Source: Chthonomonadales bacterium
GTDB lineage: Bacteria > Armatimonadota > Chthonomonadetes > Chthonomonadales > CAJBBX01
Direction: 5' to 3'
DNA length: 64,000 nt
Assembly: GCA_037443035.1 (NCBI GenBank)
Contig: JBBIPC010000001.1
Location: forward strand, 288,001 to 352,000
Below, piece after piece: positions 1 through 9,821 of this stretch (its first letter is position 1; each line of letters begins with the position of its first letter). The notes under the pieces are model-generated. The model saw only the letters and a list, made by a program, of their open reading frames with translations. It was not told where the DNA came from and searched no databases. The position numbers were made by a program, and so were the translations under genes.

Positions 1-73
1 CAAACATCAGCAAGACGATCCAAAGGTCGGCTTGCTTGAGCCAACGCCTCGGCACCAGTTGCTGGACAGTCAT
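1..73 (-). CDS. 5' end of a membrane protein running off the window edge (possibly RodA/FtsW-like)
   Basis: ATG at 73 reads MTVQQLVPRRWLKQADLWIVLLMF with no stop to the edge; basic stretch then hydrophobic helix; divergent from secA. Confidence 0.35.
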   Translation of the reverse strand, partial: MTVQQLVPRRWLKQADLWIVLLMF

Positions 74-136
74 TCCTCTAGGCACTCCATGTGCGCAGTA
101 TATCCTAGACGACGTGGGAGCCATCGTGCTCAATGT

Positions 137-166
137 TTGACCCTCTCCATCGCGTCTAGGTATACT
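137..166 (+). promoter_or_regulatory. sigma70-type promoter for secA
   Basis: TTGACC-N18-TATACT. Confidence 0.55.
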
Positions 167-252
167 CCCGAGCCAGAAGGGACTTCTTGGACCTCTCGCT
201 GCGTATCCTTAAGAATGAACGCATGCTCGGCAAGAGCTAGAAACCACTACCG

Positions 253-3200
253 ATGACCGCCATCCTTCGCCGACTCTTTGACAGCAACGAACGTGACCTC
301 GCACGGTACCGTGCCGTTGTCGAGCGCATCAACGCGCTCGAGCCCGAGATCGCACGCCTGACCAACACGCAGCTTCGGGACAAGACCGATGAGTTTCGTG
401 CCTATGTGCAGACCGAGTGGCAGCGCAAGCTCGATGCTATGGAGAAGGATGGGGTCCTGGAGTCGGAGAGAAAGGATCGGACGCGGAAGTGTCTGGATGA
501 AGTCTTGGATTCGATCCTACCTGAAGCCTTCGCGGTAGTCCGCGAGGCGGCTAAGCGGACTCTCGGCCAACGGCACTATGATGTCCAGCTCATCGGAGGC
601 ATGGTCGCCCACGATGGGCGCATCGCTGAGTTGAAGACGGGCGAAGGCAAGACGCTCATGGCTACCCTGCCGCTATACCTGAACGCTCTGGCTGGCAAAG
701 GTGCCCATCTCGTAACCGCCAACGACTACCTATCGAAAGTTGGTGCCGTGTGGATGGGCCCGATATATCACCTACTCGGCATGTCCGTTGGCATTATTCA
801 GGGTCAGAGTCCCGAGACGGGTGATGAAGGCGGCAGCTTCATCTACGATCCGGACTACGAGGATCCCGATCCCCGCTACACGTACTGCCGACGGATCACG
901 CGGCGCGAAGCCTACGCCTGCGACGTGACCTACGGAACCAACAACGAGTTCGGATTCGATTACCTGCGGGACAACATGGCGTTCCACCGCGATGAGCTTG
1001 TGATGCGGGACCTTCATTACGCCATCGTGGACGAAGTGGATAGCATTCTCATTGACGAAGCGAGGACACCGCTCATCATCAGCGGCTTCGTTGAGCAGGA
1101 CACCAGTCTCTACTACACCGTGGACCGAGTTGTCCGCCAGCTTCGGGCCGGCAAGGATGCTACGACGCAAGTAGAGCGAGAGGATCCCAACCACGACCGG
1201 AATAACCCCAACATTCATTACCTGGTAGACGAGAAACAGAAGACCGTCTCCCCGACGGATGCCGGTATCGCCAAGCTAGAGGCGATGCTGGGGGTGCGCA
1301 ACCTTGCCGACGACCCACAGATGATGCACTACGTAACGGCAGCCATGAAGGCCCACGCACTGTTCAAGAGAGACATCGACTACGTGGTGCGCGACGGCGA
1401 AATCATCATCGTGGATGAGTTCACCGGCCGACTGATGTTCGGACGAAGGTACTCGGACGGGCTGCACCAAGCGATCGAGGCCAAGGAAGGCGTGGAGATC
1501 AAGCATGAGTCGCAGACGCTTGCGACCATCACCTTCCAGAACCTCTTCAGGCTCTACCTCAAGTTGGCAGGTATGACCGGTACTGCCAAGACTGAAGAAG
1601 ATGAGTTCCGCAAGATCTACGGGCTGGACGTTGTCGTGGTACCCACCCACAAGCCCATGATCCGCATGGACCACCCAGACGTCATCTACAAGGTAGCCGA
1701 GCACAAGTTTCGTGGGATTGCCGCCGAGATTCTGCGCCTCTATGCCAAACAGCAGCCCGTCTTGGTTGGTACACGCTCCATCGAGATGTCGGAGAAGGTG
1801 TCGGGACGTCTCACCCCCGACCGTCTGCAGGTTCTCTGCATGGTCTCGCTGATCCGTTCCCGCATGGACGGCGTCAAATTGGACAAAGCGACGCGAGAGA
1901 ACTGGACTTCCGTCCTCAACCAGAATCTGGATGACATCACACTCGGACGACTCGCGCCCATGATACGTCAACTGGAGCTCCCCGCCGATCCTCTCGAAGA
2001 GCATAATCTCCGATCGATCTGCGAACTGCTAGGTCTGCCAGCGTCGGAGGAGACGCTGGACCATCTCGATGAGGCTCTACGGCACGGCATTCCCCATAAC
2101 GTCCTGAACGCGAAGTACCACGAAAAGGAGGCCGTCATCATAGCTGAGGCGGGTCGAAAAGGTGCCGTGACCATCGCCACGAACATGGCCGGACGCGGTG
2201 TTGACATCCTTCTCGGTGGGAAGCCGCAAGTGGAGCGCGAGCCGTTGCCTGCCGCTCAGACAAGCTCTGAAGGTGACCTACCAACCAACGGCTTGGAGGT
2301 TGATAACGACTCCGAGACTGCACTCTCCTACAGGCGTGGTGGCAAACCGTCGGTCCTCGATTCCGTAACGACTCTGACGCCCGAGGAGCATCAGCAGGCT
2401 GCAGATGAGGTGAGGCGGCTCGGTGGCCTCTATATCCTTGGCACGGAACGTCATGAGAGCCGGCGGATCGACAACCAGCTTCGCGGACGATCTGGCCGGC
2501 AGGGCGACCCCGGCGAAAGCCGTTTCTTCGTGTCGCTGGAAGATGAGCTGTGGCGACTGTTTGGGGATCGGACCCAGCATCCGCTCCTTCGAACATGGCC
2601 CGAGGATCAGGCCATGGATGCCAAGATCCTCTCCCGGATGATCGAGCGTGCGCAGAAGAAGGTGGAGGAGCACCACTTCGAGATCCGCAAGCATGTTCTC
2701 CAATACGATGACGTGATGAACAAGCAGCGCGAAGTCATCTACGGAGAGCGTCGCCGCATCCTCATGGGTGCGGATCTACGCGAAACGATCCTGGGCTTCC
2801 TCCGTGAGGTCGTCATCGGCGCGGTAACCATGTTCTGTCCGGACCCACAGACTGGCCTGGAATGGGACCTGGACGGTCTTTACAAGGGTCTAGCGGAGTA
2901 CTTCCCGCAGTCGCTCATGCTTCAGCGTAAGGACCTCGACGCGAAGTCTCGCGAGGAGCTGGAGCAGTTCCTGGTCTCATGGGTCGAACAAGCCTACGCT
3001 ATGAAGGAACAGGAAGTCGTCGAAGCCGTAGGCGACGCTGAAGCTATGCGCAACCTCGAGCGATGGGTTGCGCTCAAAGTCATCAACGAGCGCTGGATGG
3101 AACACCTCGCCAACATGGACTACCTGCGGGAAGGGATCAACCTTCGCGGTTACGGCCAGCAAGATCCCCTCGTCGTGTACAACAAAGAGGCGTTCCAGAT

Positions 3201-3435
3201 GTTCGAGGACATGCAGCACTCCATCAAGGACTCTATCGCGCGGTACATGTTGCACGCGCAGTTTGTCCAGGAGAAGCCGCAGCCGCGACGCCCCTATCGC
3301 ATTCTCGATGGAGATGGCCGCGAGGACCGGCGTTCCGGTGGTGGTACTGCAGTGCGCACGCGGAAACTAGGCCGCAACGACCCCTGTTGGTGCGGAAGCG
3401 GCAAGAAGTATAAGCACTGCCACTATCCAGATTGA
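253..3435 (+). CDS. secA: Preprotein translocase ATPase SecA
   Basis: KTGEGKT Walker A, DEVDSILIDEARTPLIISG, ATNMAGRG, HESRRIDNQLRGRSGRQGDPG, C-terminal SEC-C GRNDPCWCGSGKKYKHCH. Confidence 0.99.
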   Translation: MTAILRRLFDSNERDLARYRAVVERINALEPEIARLTNTQLRDKTDEFRAYVQTEWQRKLDAMEKDGVLESERKDRTRKCLDEVLDSILPEAFAVVREAAKRTLGQRHYDVQLIGGMVAHDGRIAELKTGEGKTLMATLPLYLNALAGKGAHLVTANDYLSKVGAVWMGPIYHLLGMSVGIIQGQSPETGDEGGSFIYDPDYEDPDPRYTYCRRITRREAYACDVTYGTNNEFGFDYLRDNMAFHRDELVMRDLHYAIVDEVDSILIDEARTPLIISGFVEQDTSLYYTVDRVVRQLRAGKDATTQVEREDPNHDRNNPNIHYLVDEKQKTVSPTDAGIAKLEAMLGVRNLADDPQMMHYVTAAMKAHALFKRDIDYVVRDGEIIIVDEFTGRLMFGRRYSDGLHQAIEAKEGVEIKHESQTLATITFQNLFRLYLKLAGMTGTAKTEEDEFRKIYGLDVVVVPTHKPMIRMDHPDVIYKVAEHKFRGIAAEILRLYAKQQPVLVGTRSIEMSEKVSGRLTPDRLQVLCMVSLIRSRMDGVKLDKATRENWTSVLNQNLDDITLGRLAPMIRQLELPADPLEEHNLRSICELLGLPASEETLDHLDEALRHGIPHNVLNAKYHEKEAVIIAEAGRKGAVTIATNMAGRGVDILLGGKPQVEREPLPAAQTSSEGDLPTNGLEVDNDSETALSYRRGGKPSVLDSVTTLTPEEHQQAADEVRRLGGLYILGTERHESRRIDNQLRGRSGRQGDPGESRFFVSLEDELWRLFGDRTQHPLLRTWPEDQAMDAKILSRMIERAQKKVEEHHFEIRKHVLQYDDVMNKQREVIYGERRRILMGADLRETILGFLREVVIGAVTMFCPDPQTGLEWDLDGLYKGLAEYFPQSLMLQRKDLDAKSREELEQFLVSWVEQAYAMKEQEVVEAVGDAEAMRNLERWVALKVINERWMEHLANMDYLREGINLRGYGQQDPLVVYNKEAFQMFEDMQHSIKDSIARYMLHAQFVQEKPQPRRPYRILDGDGREDRRSGGGTAVRTRKLGRNDPCWCGSGKKYKHCHYPD

Positions 3436-4334
3436 GCGCATCTGACGTGAGCGCCACCTTCCGTCCTGGCGAGTTTCCCGCCATCGTGTCGCCTGTGTTC
3501 GCCACCTCGCGTGGCACCTTGTACCTGAGGCATCCCGGCGTACAGATGACCGCCAAGCCGACGTACTACGACGCCTCGCTGAGGGACTTCCTGGAGGGAT
3601 TCCCGGAGAATGCGGGGCTCCGCGCAGCACTAGATGATCCGGTTACGCTCAGCCCCGCCACCAGCCTCTGCAAAGCCGCAGGTCAGCTATGCTACATGTC
3701 TTTCGGTCGTCGCCGAACCCCCAACGCCGAGGCAGATCGCTACTTCGCCAATATCCTGCAGTCAGGCCACGGCTCCGTGCTAGAGCATGCTTCCTTCAGC
3801 TTTCTCGTGTACGGTGTCTCTCGAAGCGTGACCCACGAGCTTGTGCGCCACCGCGCTGGCTTCGCCTTTTCGCAGGTCAGCCAGAGATATGTGTCCGCGG
3901 CCGTCCTGCGCTTTGTCGAGCGCTTGGAGTTTCAGGTCAGCCCAGAGCTCCACGACGCATTCGAGCGCCGCATTGACGCGGTCGCCCAGCAGTACGCAGA
4001 TCTTCAGAACACGCTCCAAAGTCTACAGCGCGGTGGGGTGGCGACACTGGATGCGGCGAATGCGACCGACCGGCGTAAGCGTGTTCAACAAGCCGCGCGG
4101 GCTCTTCTCCCCAATGAGACCGAAGCTCCCATCATGGTCACGGCGAATGTTCGTTCATGGCGCCATTTGATCGAGGCCAGAGCCAATGAACACGCCGACG
4201 TCGAAATACGGATGCTCGCCCATTGTATCTTCCAATGTCTGCGGAGCGTCGAGCCAGTGCTATTCGCGGACTATGCAGAGAGGCGACTCGATGACGGGAC
4301 ATTCGCCGTGACGACCCCCACACCGAAAGTCTAG
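3432..4334 (+). CDS. thyX: FAD-dependent thymidylate synthase
   Basis: GHGSVLEH, SRSVTHELVRHR...SQVSQRY ThyX motif, ARALLPN; TTG start overlaps secA stop. Confidence 0.93.
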   Translation: MSASDVSATFRPGEFPAIVSPVFATSRGTLYLRHPGVQMTAKPTYYDASLRDFLEGFPENAGLRAALDDPVTLSPATSLCKAAGQLCYMSFGRRRTPNAEADRYFANILQSGHGSVLEHASFSFLVYGVSRSVTHELVRHRAGFAFSQVSQRYVSAAVLRFVERLEFQVSPELHDAFERRIDAVAQQYADLQNTLQSLQRGGVATLDAANATDRRKRVQQAARALLPNETEAPIMVTANVRSWRHLIEARANEHADVEIRMLAHCIFQCLRSVEPVLFADYAERRLDDGTFAVTTPTPKV

Positions 4335-5089
4335 CCTAGACCCATCCGGTGCAGGTTGCGCAGACTGATGGCCGCGCTCTCCAACGGCGGCCGTTTGCAG
4401 ACGTCCTGCTCCACGATATAGGCAGCAACCTGGACTCCAGCACACGCCTTCAACACGCCTGTCCAGTTGACGATCCCCTCGCCTACCTCTGCAAAGGACT
4501 TGTCTGCGTCCGCCGCCATGTCTTTCAAGTGGACGAGCACAACGCGTCGGCCAAGCTGTTCGATGTACTGTGCCGGATCCTTGCCACCGCGGAGTACCCA
4601 GTAGACGTCCAACTCCGACTTGACAAGGTCCGGATCGGTGGCTTCCCACAGAATGTCCATGCCGGTCTGGCCATCGAAGCTCTGGAACTCGAACGAATGG
4701 TTGTGATAGGCGAACACCATCCCCCGCTCGCGGCAAGCCTGCGCTATGCCGGTGAACACCTCAGCCATGCGGCGCCAGTCATCTGCGGTCTTGCGCCGCG
4801 ACTCATCGAGATAGGGGCATACGACATAGCGGTTTCCGAGTATCTCGTTGTAGTCCAAGGCTGCCTGCAAGTCGGCCTCGAGCAGTTCTATGCCCACATG
4901 AGACCCCACGACCGTCAGGCCATTGTGGTCTAGGAGCCTCCTCAGCTCGGGCGCACTGTAGCCACCTGTTCCGGCCAGCTCGACGAACCTATAGCCGAGC
5001 CCTGCCACGGCTTCGAGTGTGCCGGCGAAATCTGCATGCAACGAGTCGCGTACCGTGTACAACTGCAATGCAATCGGTGTTGTGCTCAT
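4331..5089 (-). CDS. Sugar phosphate isomerase/epimerase (AP_endonuc_2 TIM barrel)
   Basis: Likely start MSTTPIALQLYTVRD after GAGGA SD; YHNHSFEF, ELDVYW, VHLKD, IVEQD. Confidence 0.88.
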   Translation of the reverse strand: MSTTPIALQLYTVRDSLHADFAGTLEAVAGLGYRFVELAGTGGYSAPELRRLLDHNGLTVVGSHVGIELLEADLQAALDYNEILGNRYVVCPYLDESRRKTADDWRRMAEVFTGIAQACRERGMVFAYHNHSFEFQSFDGQTGMDILWEATDPDLVKSELDVYWVLRGGKDPAQYIEQLGRRVVLVHLKDMAADADKSFAEVGEGIVNWTGVLKACAGVQVAAYIVEQDVCKRPPLESAAISLRNLHRMGLG

Positions 5090-5215
5090 GGAAACATCCT
5101 CCTCTTCCCGTGTAATGGGCACGCGTCGGCCAGCGAACCACGTTGCCCCGTAGAGGATAGCACGCCGAGAGCTGAGAAGTATGTGAGCGGACCATGGTCG
5201 GTTGGGGAGGCATCC

Positions 5216-8002
5216 ATGCGTACCATCGTAGCCCTTGTACCCCTGATGCTGCTTGGCATCCTGGGTCTGCGTAGCGGCGATACCGTCCGCCTGCGGTGCG
5301 ATGCGGACACGAACCTTTCGTCCTACGACAGCGAGAAAGACCTGAACTACGGCGCATCCCCTCGCATACGTCTCAAGGGCATACAGATGCTCGGGCTGTT
5401 CCATTTCGAGACCGGCTCTGTCGCCGGCTCCTTGGTGCGTTCCGCCCGTCTTCACCTACGCTACGCCGGCAATGCCCGCATGCTCCGGACACTTGGGATC
5501 TCGACCGTCACGGCCCCTTGGGAGGAGGGCACAGGTCGCGGTGAACACCACCCAGGGGAACCATCGTTTCAGCAACGCCGCGCGGGACGAGATCCCTGGG
5601 CTCCCACGGCGACCGACTTCGCGGAGGTCATCTTCGAACCTCCTGGTATCTGGGGGTTCGCCGACGCACGCGATGAAGGCGACGGGTGGGTCTCCTGCGA
5701 AGTACCGACGGATGCAGTACAGGCACTCATCGCGGGACTCGCCACAGGTCTCGTGGTAACCGACGAGAAGGGGCAGACAATGGCCAACAACGACGTTTTC
5801 TCGAGGGAACAGGCAGGTTCCGAGCCCTACCTGACGGTTCAGGTGACGGCAGCCCGTTCATCTGCTCCCAGTCCCGTCTCTGACGTGAACGTGGAGCCGC
5901 TGCCGGATACCACGGATGCTCGATACGGCTCTCTTCGGGTCCGATTCAGTGTACCAGAAGGTGCTCTTGGAGTTCGCGCCGCGTGTACGCGACTCGATAG
6001 CGGCGAACGCGTCAAGGAAGACGTCGTCGCCCTCGGTGCCGCTGGAGCCCAGACCTACGTCATCGAGCGTCTTCCACCGGGAACGCGCCTGTCGCTAGCC
6101 CTTACGGCCGTGGGCCCTACTGGCCGTCCAAGCGAGCCCGTGGTGGCCCACGCAGTGACACCGCCCCCTCGCGCCTCAGTGAGGCGGCTTCCCAGAGCGA
6201 GGTTGTTGAGCACGCTTCAGATAGCGCCCTGGCTCCGCTGTGGGGCAGTGGATGTGACTCTCGGGGCGTTCGGAGAAAGGTTCAGCCCCCATGGCGCATC
6301 GCAATCTGCCCGATCCCGCCTCTGGAACGGCAAGGCAGTTGTATTGCAGACCGCGCGAGGCGCAACGGCGCGTGCCGTGCTTGTGGTAAGGTACGCGCCG
6401 CGGACGCACCTATCCTTCGAGGTACGCGTCCGGGGTGGGATCCTAGCACGAACCAGTTATCTTCGACCCATCGATGACGCCGGCCTGAGGCCCGAAGCAT
6501 GCCTGCCCGTCTCTGGGCCGGTAGAACTGGCCAATGGCACCAGCGCTGCCGACTCCCCGTGCTTCCAGCAGTTTCTCGTCGAACTCTGCCCCGCCATGCA
6601 AGCCCAACCGGGTATCCGCCACGGAACACTGGACATCTTCGTCAACGGAAACCGGACCAGATCCATCTCGTTGATGCTGTGGGTACGATCCGCCGTCGTT
6701 CCGGACCGTCCCAGATTCGATCTCAGTCTGAACACGTATGGAAGTCCTGCCCGTGCCATGGGACTGGACCCGGCGACGCGTGAAGGCCTTGCGGCCGAGC
6801 ACGCCTATCATCGGCTGGCCCATGAGAATCGTGGAACGCTGACGCCTCTAGGCTACTCCCACAGCGGCAATGTGGAACCGGGATATGCGCCTCCGACAAC
6901 GGGATCAGGGAGCGCACGTCGTGTCAGCGACTGGGCGGAGTGGGACCGACGGTTTGGACCGCTGCTGGACGGATCTGCCTTCGAGGGCTGCGTAAGGTCC
7001 AGAATTCCGGTGACCCACCTATACCTTCCCTTCCACGAGGCGTGGCCAGAGAACATCAGAGAACACTATGCCTACAAACCTGCCACCCACGAGTACCCGC
7101 AGGTCATCATAGACCACGCTCTCAATGCCGGACCCCTCGATCAGGTTGCGTCCTCGGCTTACGCTGCTGGCATCGAGGCTGTGGTGAGGGATTTCGCGCA
7201 CCACATTCGCGCGCGAGGATGGCGCCAGACGCTGTTCCATTTCTATCTGAACAACAAGTACTACTACAAGGATCCCGCTCTGGGAGGTCGCGGAACCTCG
7301 TGGTGGCTGCTGGACGAGCCGATGCACCGAGACGACTGGTTGGCGCTGGCTTGGTTCGCTCGACGGATGCAGGCGGGTCTGGCAGGCATCGAGGACCACC
7401 GTTTCGTTTTCCGCGAGGATGTCTCGCGACCTCAGTGGCAGCATGACTATCTGGACGGCCTGGTGAATCTCATGGTGGTCAACGACGAACTCTTCCGCAG
7501 GCCGGCGCTCATGCGGCGATTCACCGAGCGTGGGGTCCGCCTCTGGCACTACGGAAGTCCGCCGCCAATTCGCGCGGAGTTGTCCGATTGTGAACTGTGG
7601 CCAGTGCGCGCCTACCTGGCGGGGGCGGATGGGATCGTCCCGTGGCAGACCATTGGACAGAAGGCGAACTACACCACGCCAGAGCCAACGGCATTGATCC
7701 TGCCCTCGCTAGATGAGACCGTGAGGCAGCCCGTCGCCACACTACGGCTGAAAGCCCTTGCCCGCGGCGCTGAGGACGTGGAGCTTCTTCGGCTCCTGGC
7801 GCAGCACAAGGGCTGGGACAGACGCCAGACAGCAGCGGCCGTGGCACCGTTCCTGGAGGACGCCGACCTAGAGGGAATGCGGGCGGCAATCTTCGACGCT
7901 GTAGAGGGCAGCTCTCATGTGCCGAGTGCTCTCAGCCATGCGGCGCACAAATCAGGCCACGTGCGGTTGGCCATGCCCCGTTCCCCGAGACCGAAACCAT
8001 GA
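5216..8002 (+). CDS. Secreted multidomain protein: DNRLRE-like N-terminus, beta-sandwich, DUF4091/GH123-like C-terminus
   Basis: GGGGAGG SD then signal peptide MRTIVALVPLMLLGILG; ADTNLSSY..NYG..ARLHL..VTAPWEEG; LLDEP; TLRLKALARGAEDVELL. Confidence 0.65.
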   Translation: MRTIVALVPLMLLGILGLRSGDTVRLRCDADTNLSSYDSEKDLNYGASPRIRLKGIQMLGLFHFETGSVAGSLVRSARLHLRYAGNARMLRTLGISTVTAPWEEGTGRGEHHPGEPSFQQRRAGRDPWAPTATDFAEVIFEPPGIWGFADARDEGDGWVSCEVPTDAVQALIAGLATGLVVTDEKGQTMANNDVFSREQAGSEPYLTVQVTAARSSAPSPVSDVNVEPLPDTTDARYGSLRVRFSVPEGALGVRAACTRLDSGERVKEDVVALGAAGAQTYVIERLPPGTRLSLALTAVGPTGRPSEPVVAHAVTPPPRASVRRLPRARLLSTLQIAPWLRCGAVDVTLGAFGERFSPHGASQSARSRLWNGKAVVLQTARGATARAVLVVRYAPRTHLSFEVRVRGGILARTSYLRPIDDAGLRPEACLPVSGPVELANGTSAADSPCFQQFLVELCPAMQAQPGIRHGTLDIFVNGNRTRSISLMLWVRSAVVPDRPRFDLSLNTYGSPARAMGLDPATREGLAAEHAYHRLAHENRGTLTPLGYSHSGNVEPGYAPPTTGSGSARRVSDWAEWDRRFGPLLDGSAFEGCVRSRIPVTHLYLPFHEAWPENIREHYAYKPATHEYPQVIIDHALNAGPLDQVASSAYAAGIEAVVRDFAHHIRARGWRQTLFHFYLNNKYYYKDPALGGRGTSWWLLDEPMHRDDWLALAWFARRMQAGLAGIEDHRFVFREDVSRPQWQHDYLDGLVNLMVVNDELFRRPALMRRFTERGVRLWHYGSPPPIRAELSDCELWPVRAYLAGADGIVPWQTIGQKANYTTPEPTALILPSLDETVRQPVATLRLKALARGAEDVELLRLLAQHKGWDRRQTAAAVAPFLEDADLEGMRAAIFDAVEGSSHVPSALSHAAHKSGHVRLAMPRSPRPKP

Positions 8003-8760
8003 GGACCTCGAGCAAATACGTGAAGTTCGCACGGTACGCGTGCTCGTCGGTAGGCTTCGGCCAGTGCCAGGGAGTTACCAACGTCAACGACGTCATCGTC
8101 TGCTCCGTGGACAAGGAAGACGGGAGGTGCGTCGGCATCCACACGCGTCTGCAGGCTCAAAGCCCAGGCCAGCTCCGTCTCTTCGGTAGTCCCCAGGAGT
8201 GCGCCCCGGCAGCCAGAGTGCGCCACCGGCCCGGCCATGGCAACAACTGGGTAGATCATGATGGCGAAATCGGGTCGCTCATCGCTGGAGCCCCGTCCTT
8301 CCGGCAGGAGAGCCGTCATACCAGCCAGATGCCCTCCCGCCGAAAAGCCGAGAACTCCTACCCTCTTCACGCCATGAGCCTTACCACGCTCCCGCAGAAG
8401 TGCAACGGCTCGGCGCGCATCCTGCAGCATGGCTGGATACTGGTATCTCGGAGCCAGCCGGTAGCGCACTACCATGGCCGTGACACCCTCCGACTGCAGC
8501 CACCGACCGATGGGCGCTGCTTCGTGCTCCGCATGTGCCACGTAGCCGCCTCCAGGAAGCACAACTACCGCGCAACCGATCCGCTTGTTCGCTGGAGCGA
8601 TGTACAGCGAACAGGTGGGCACATCCGCCGGTTCAGTCCCGATGGAACCCGGTGCGGGGCCGTCCCAGATCGGTCTCGACGCCCGCTCTTCGGCTCCGTT
8701 GCGAAGCCAGGCATCGCGGACACGCCTTCCCATTTCACGTACGCGCCTGCGGTCGGCCAT
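7915..8760 (-). CDS. Alpha/beta hydrolase (carbohydrate esterase-like)
   Basis: LPGGGY oxyanion motif, GFSAGG nucleophile elbow, HGADDDVV, HGFG; start uncertain (8778/8760 or later). Confidence 0.85.
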   Translation of the reverse strand: MADRRRVREMGRRVRDAWLRNGAEERASRPIWDGPAPGSIGTEPADVPTCSLYIAPANKRIGCAVVVLPGGGYVAHAEHEAAPIGRWLQSEGVTAMVVRYRLAPRYQYPAMLQDARRAVALLRERGKAHGVKRVGVLGFSAGGHLAGMTALLPEGRGSSDERPDFAIMIYPVVAMAGPVAHSGCRGALLGTTEETELAWALSLQTRVDADAPPVFLVHGADDDVVDVGNSLALAEAYRRARVPCELHVFARGPHGFGLGERGMANRTWPDLCAAWLRALGT

Positions 8761-8776
8761 GCAATCGTTCCTTTCC

Positions 8777-9751
8777 ATGCCAAGTTCTGACCCGCTGGTC
8801 GTCCGAGAACGGATTCGCACTGCCGCTCTCGGTATGGGTTTCGACCTTGTAGGGTTCGCTCCTGCTGAACCATCGGCATACGCGGCTGAATTCGACGCTT
8901 GGCTCGCGGCCGGGTACCACGCCGGCATGTCGTACATGGCGCGACGCGCTGAGTGCCGCACGAACATCGCCAAGTGGTATCCGGCCGTCCGCACTGTGAT
9001 CATGGTGGCGGTGAACTACTATGTCCCCATCGTCGTGCGCCCTGGCTGCGTCCGCATTGCACGCTACGCACTGGGCAGAGACTATCATCGGTGGCTGAAA
9101 CGTCGTGTTATCCTGCTCGGTCGGGCGCTCTCTGGCCTCGCTAATGCTCCGGTACAGTGGCGGCCATTCGTAGACACCGCTCCGATCCTCGAACGGGAGC
9201 GGGCCGAACGTGCCGGGCTCGGCTGGATTGGCAAGAACGCCATGCTCATCAACCCACGCATCGGGTCCTACCTGCTCCTCGGTGGCCTCGCTATCGACAT
9301 GGCTGTTCCCCCGGACCCACCTATGCGAGCGCACTGCGGTACATGCACGCGCTGCATGGACGCTTGTCCCACCGGCGCCATCGTCCGTCCGCACGTGGTA
9401 GACGCTCGACGCTGCATCGCCTACCACACCATCGAGTCGCGGGCTCCCATTCCGGACTCGGTAGCCGTAGCGATGGGCGATCGCCTATTCGGTTGTGATA
9501 TCTGTCAAGAGGTCTGCCCCATGAATCGCGAACCCGGCCACGGAGCTCATCCGAACCTCCGACCTGCTCGCGAATCAGCCTGTCAGCCAAGACCGAAGAT
9601 TATCAATCTGCTTGCCCATGAGCTAGTGAACATGGAGGATGAGGACATCCGTGATCTGTTCGCTGGGACGCCCGTGCTGCGTGCAACGCCAGCCTGCATT
9701 CGACGGAGCGCAGCCGCGTTGCTGCGAGTGCACAGTTCCGGTTCAGCCTAA
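8777..9751 (+). CDS. queG: Epoxyqueuosine reductase
   Basis: IARYALGRDYH, VDTAPILER, GLGWIGKN, CGTCTRCMDACPT, FGCDICQEVCP. Confidence 0.93.
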   Translation: MPSSDPLVVRERIRTAALGMGFDLVGFAPAEPSAYAAEFDAWLAAGYHAGMSYMARRAECRTNIAKWYPAVRTVIMVAVNYYVPIVVRPGCVRIARYALGRDYHRWLKRRVILLGRALSGLANAPVQWRPFVDTAPILERERAERAGLGWIGKNAMLINPRIGSYLLLGGLAIDMAVPPDPPMRAHCGTCTRCMDACPTGAIVRPHVVDARRCIAYHTIESRAPIPDSVAVAMGDRLFGCDICQEVCPMNREPGHGAHPNLRPARESACQPRPKIINLLAHELVNMEDEDIRDLFAGTPVLRATPACIRRSAAALLRVHSSGSA

Positions 9752-9762
9752 TGCGTAAGTCA

Positions 9763-9794
9763 GACGGGGGCGACCCGCCTGGGATCGCCCCGTC
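9763..9794. terminator. GC-rich hairpin between convergent queG and ppdK
   Basis: GACGGGGGCGA...TCGCCCCGTC inverted repeat; second hairpin GCGCTC-CTGC-GAGCGC at 9806-9821. Confidence 0.55.
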
Positions 9795-9821
9795 CGTTCA
9801 GGACAGCGCTCCTGCGAGCGC

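Noticed and set aside
32..256. 74-aa ORF upstream of secA as a SecM-like arrest peptide
   Set aside because: No signal peptide or arrest motif; it overlaps the promoters and the divergent gene start
1810..2100. SecA insertion as an intein
   Set aside because: The HN belongs to the canonical GIPHNVLNAK and is followed by Val, not Cys/Ser/Thr; no intein block motifs
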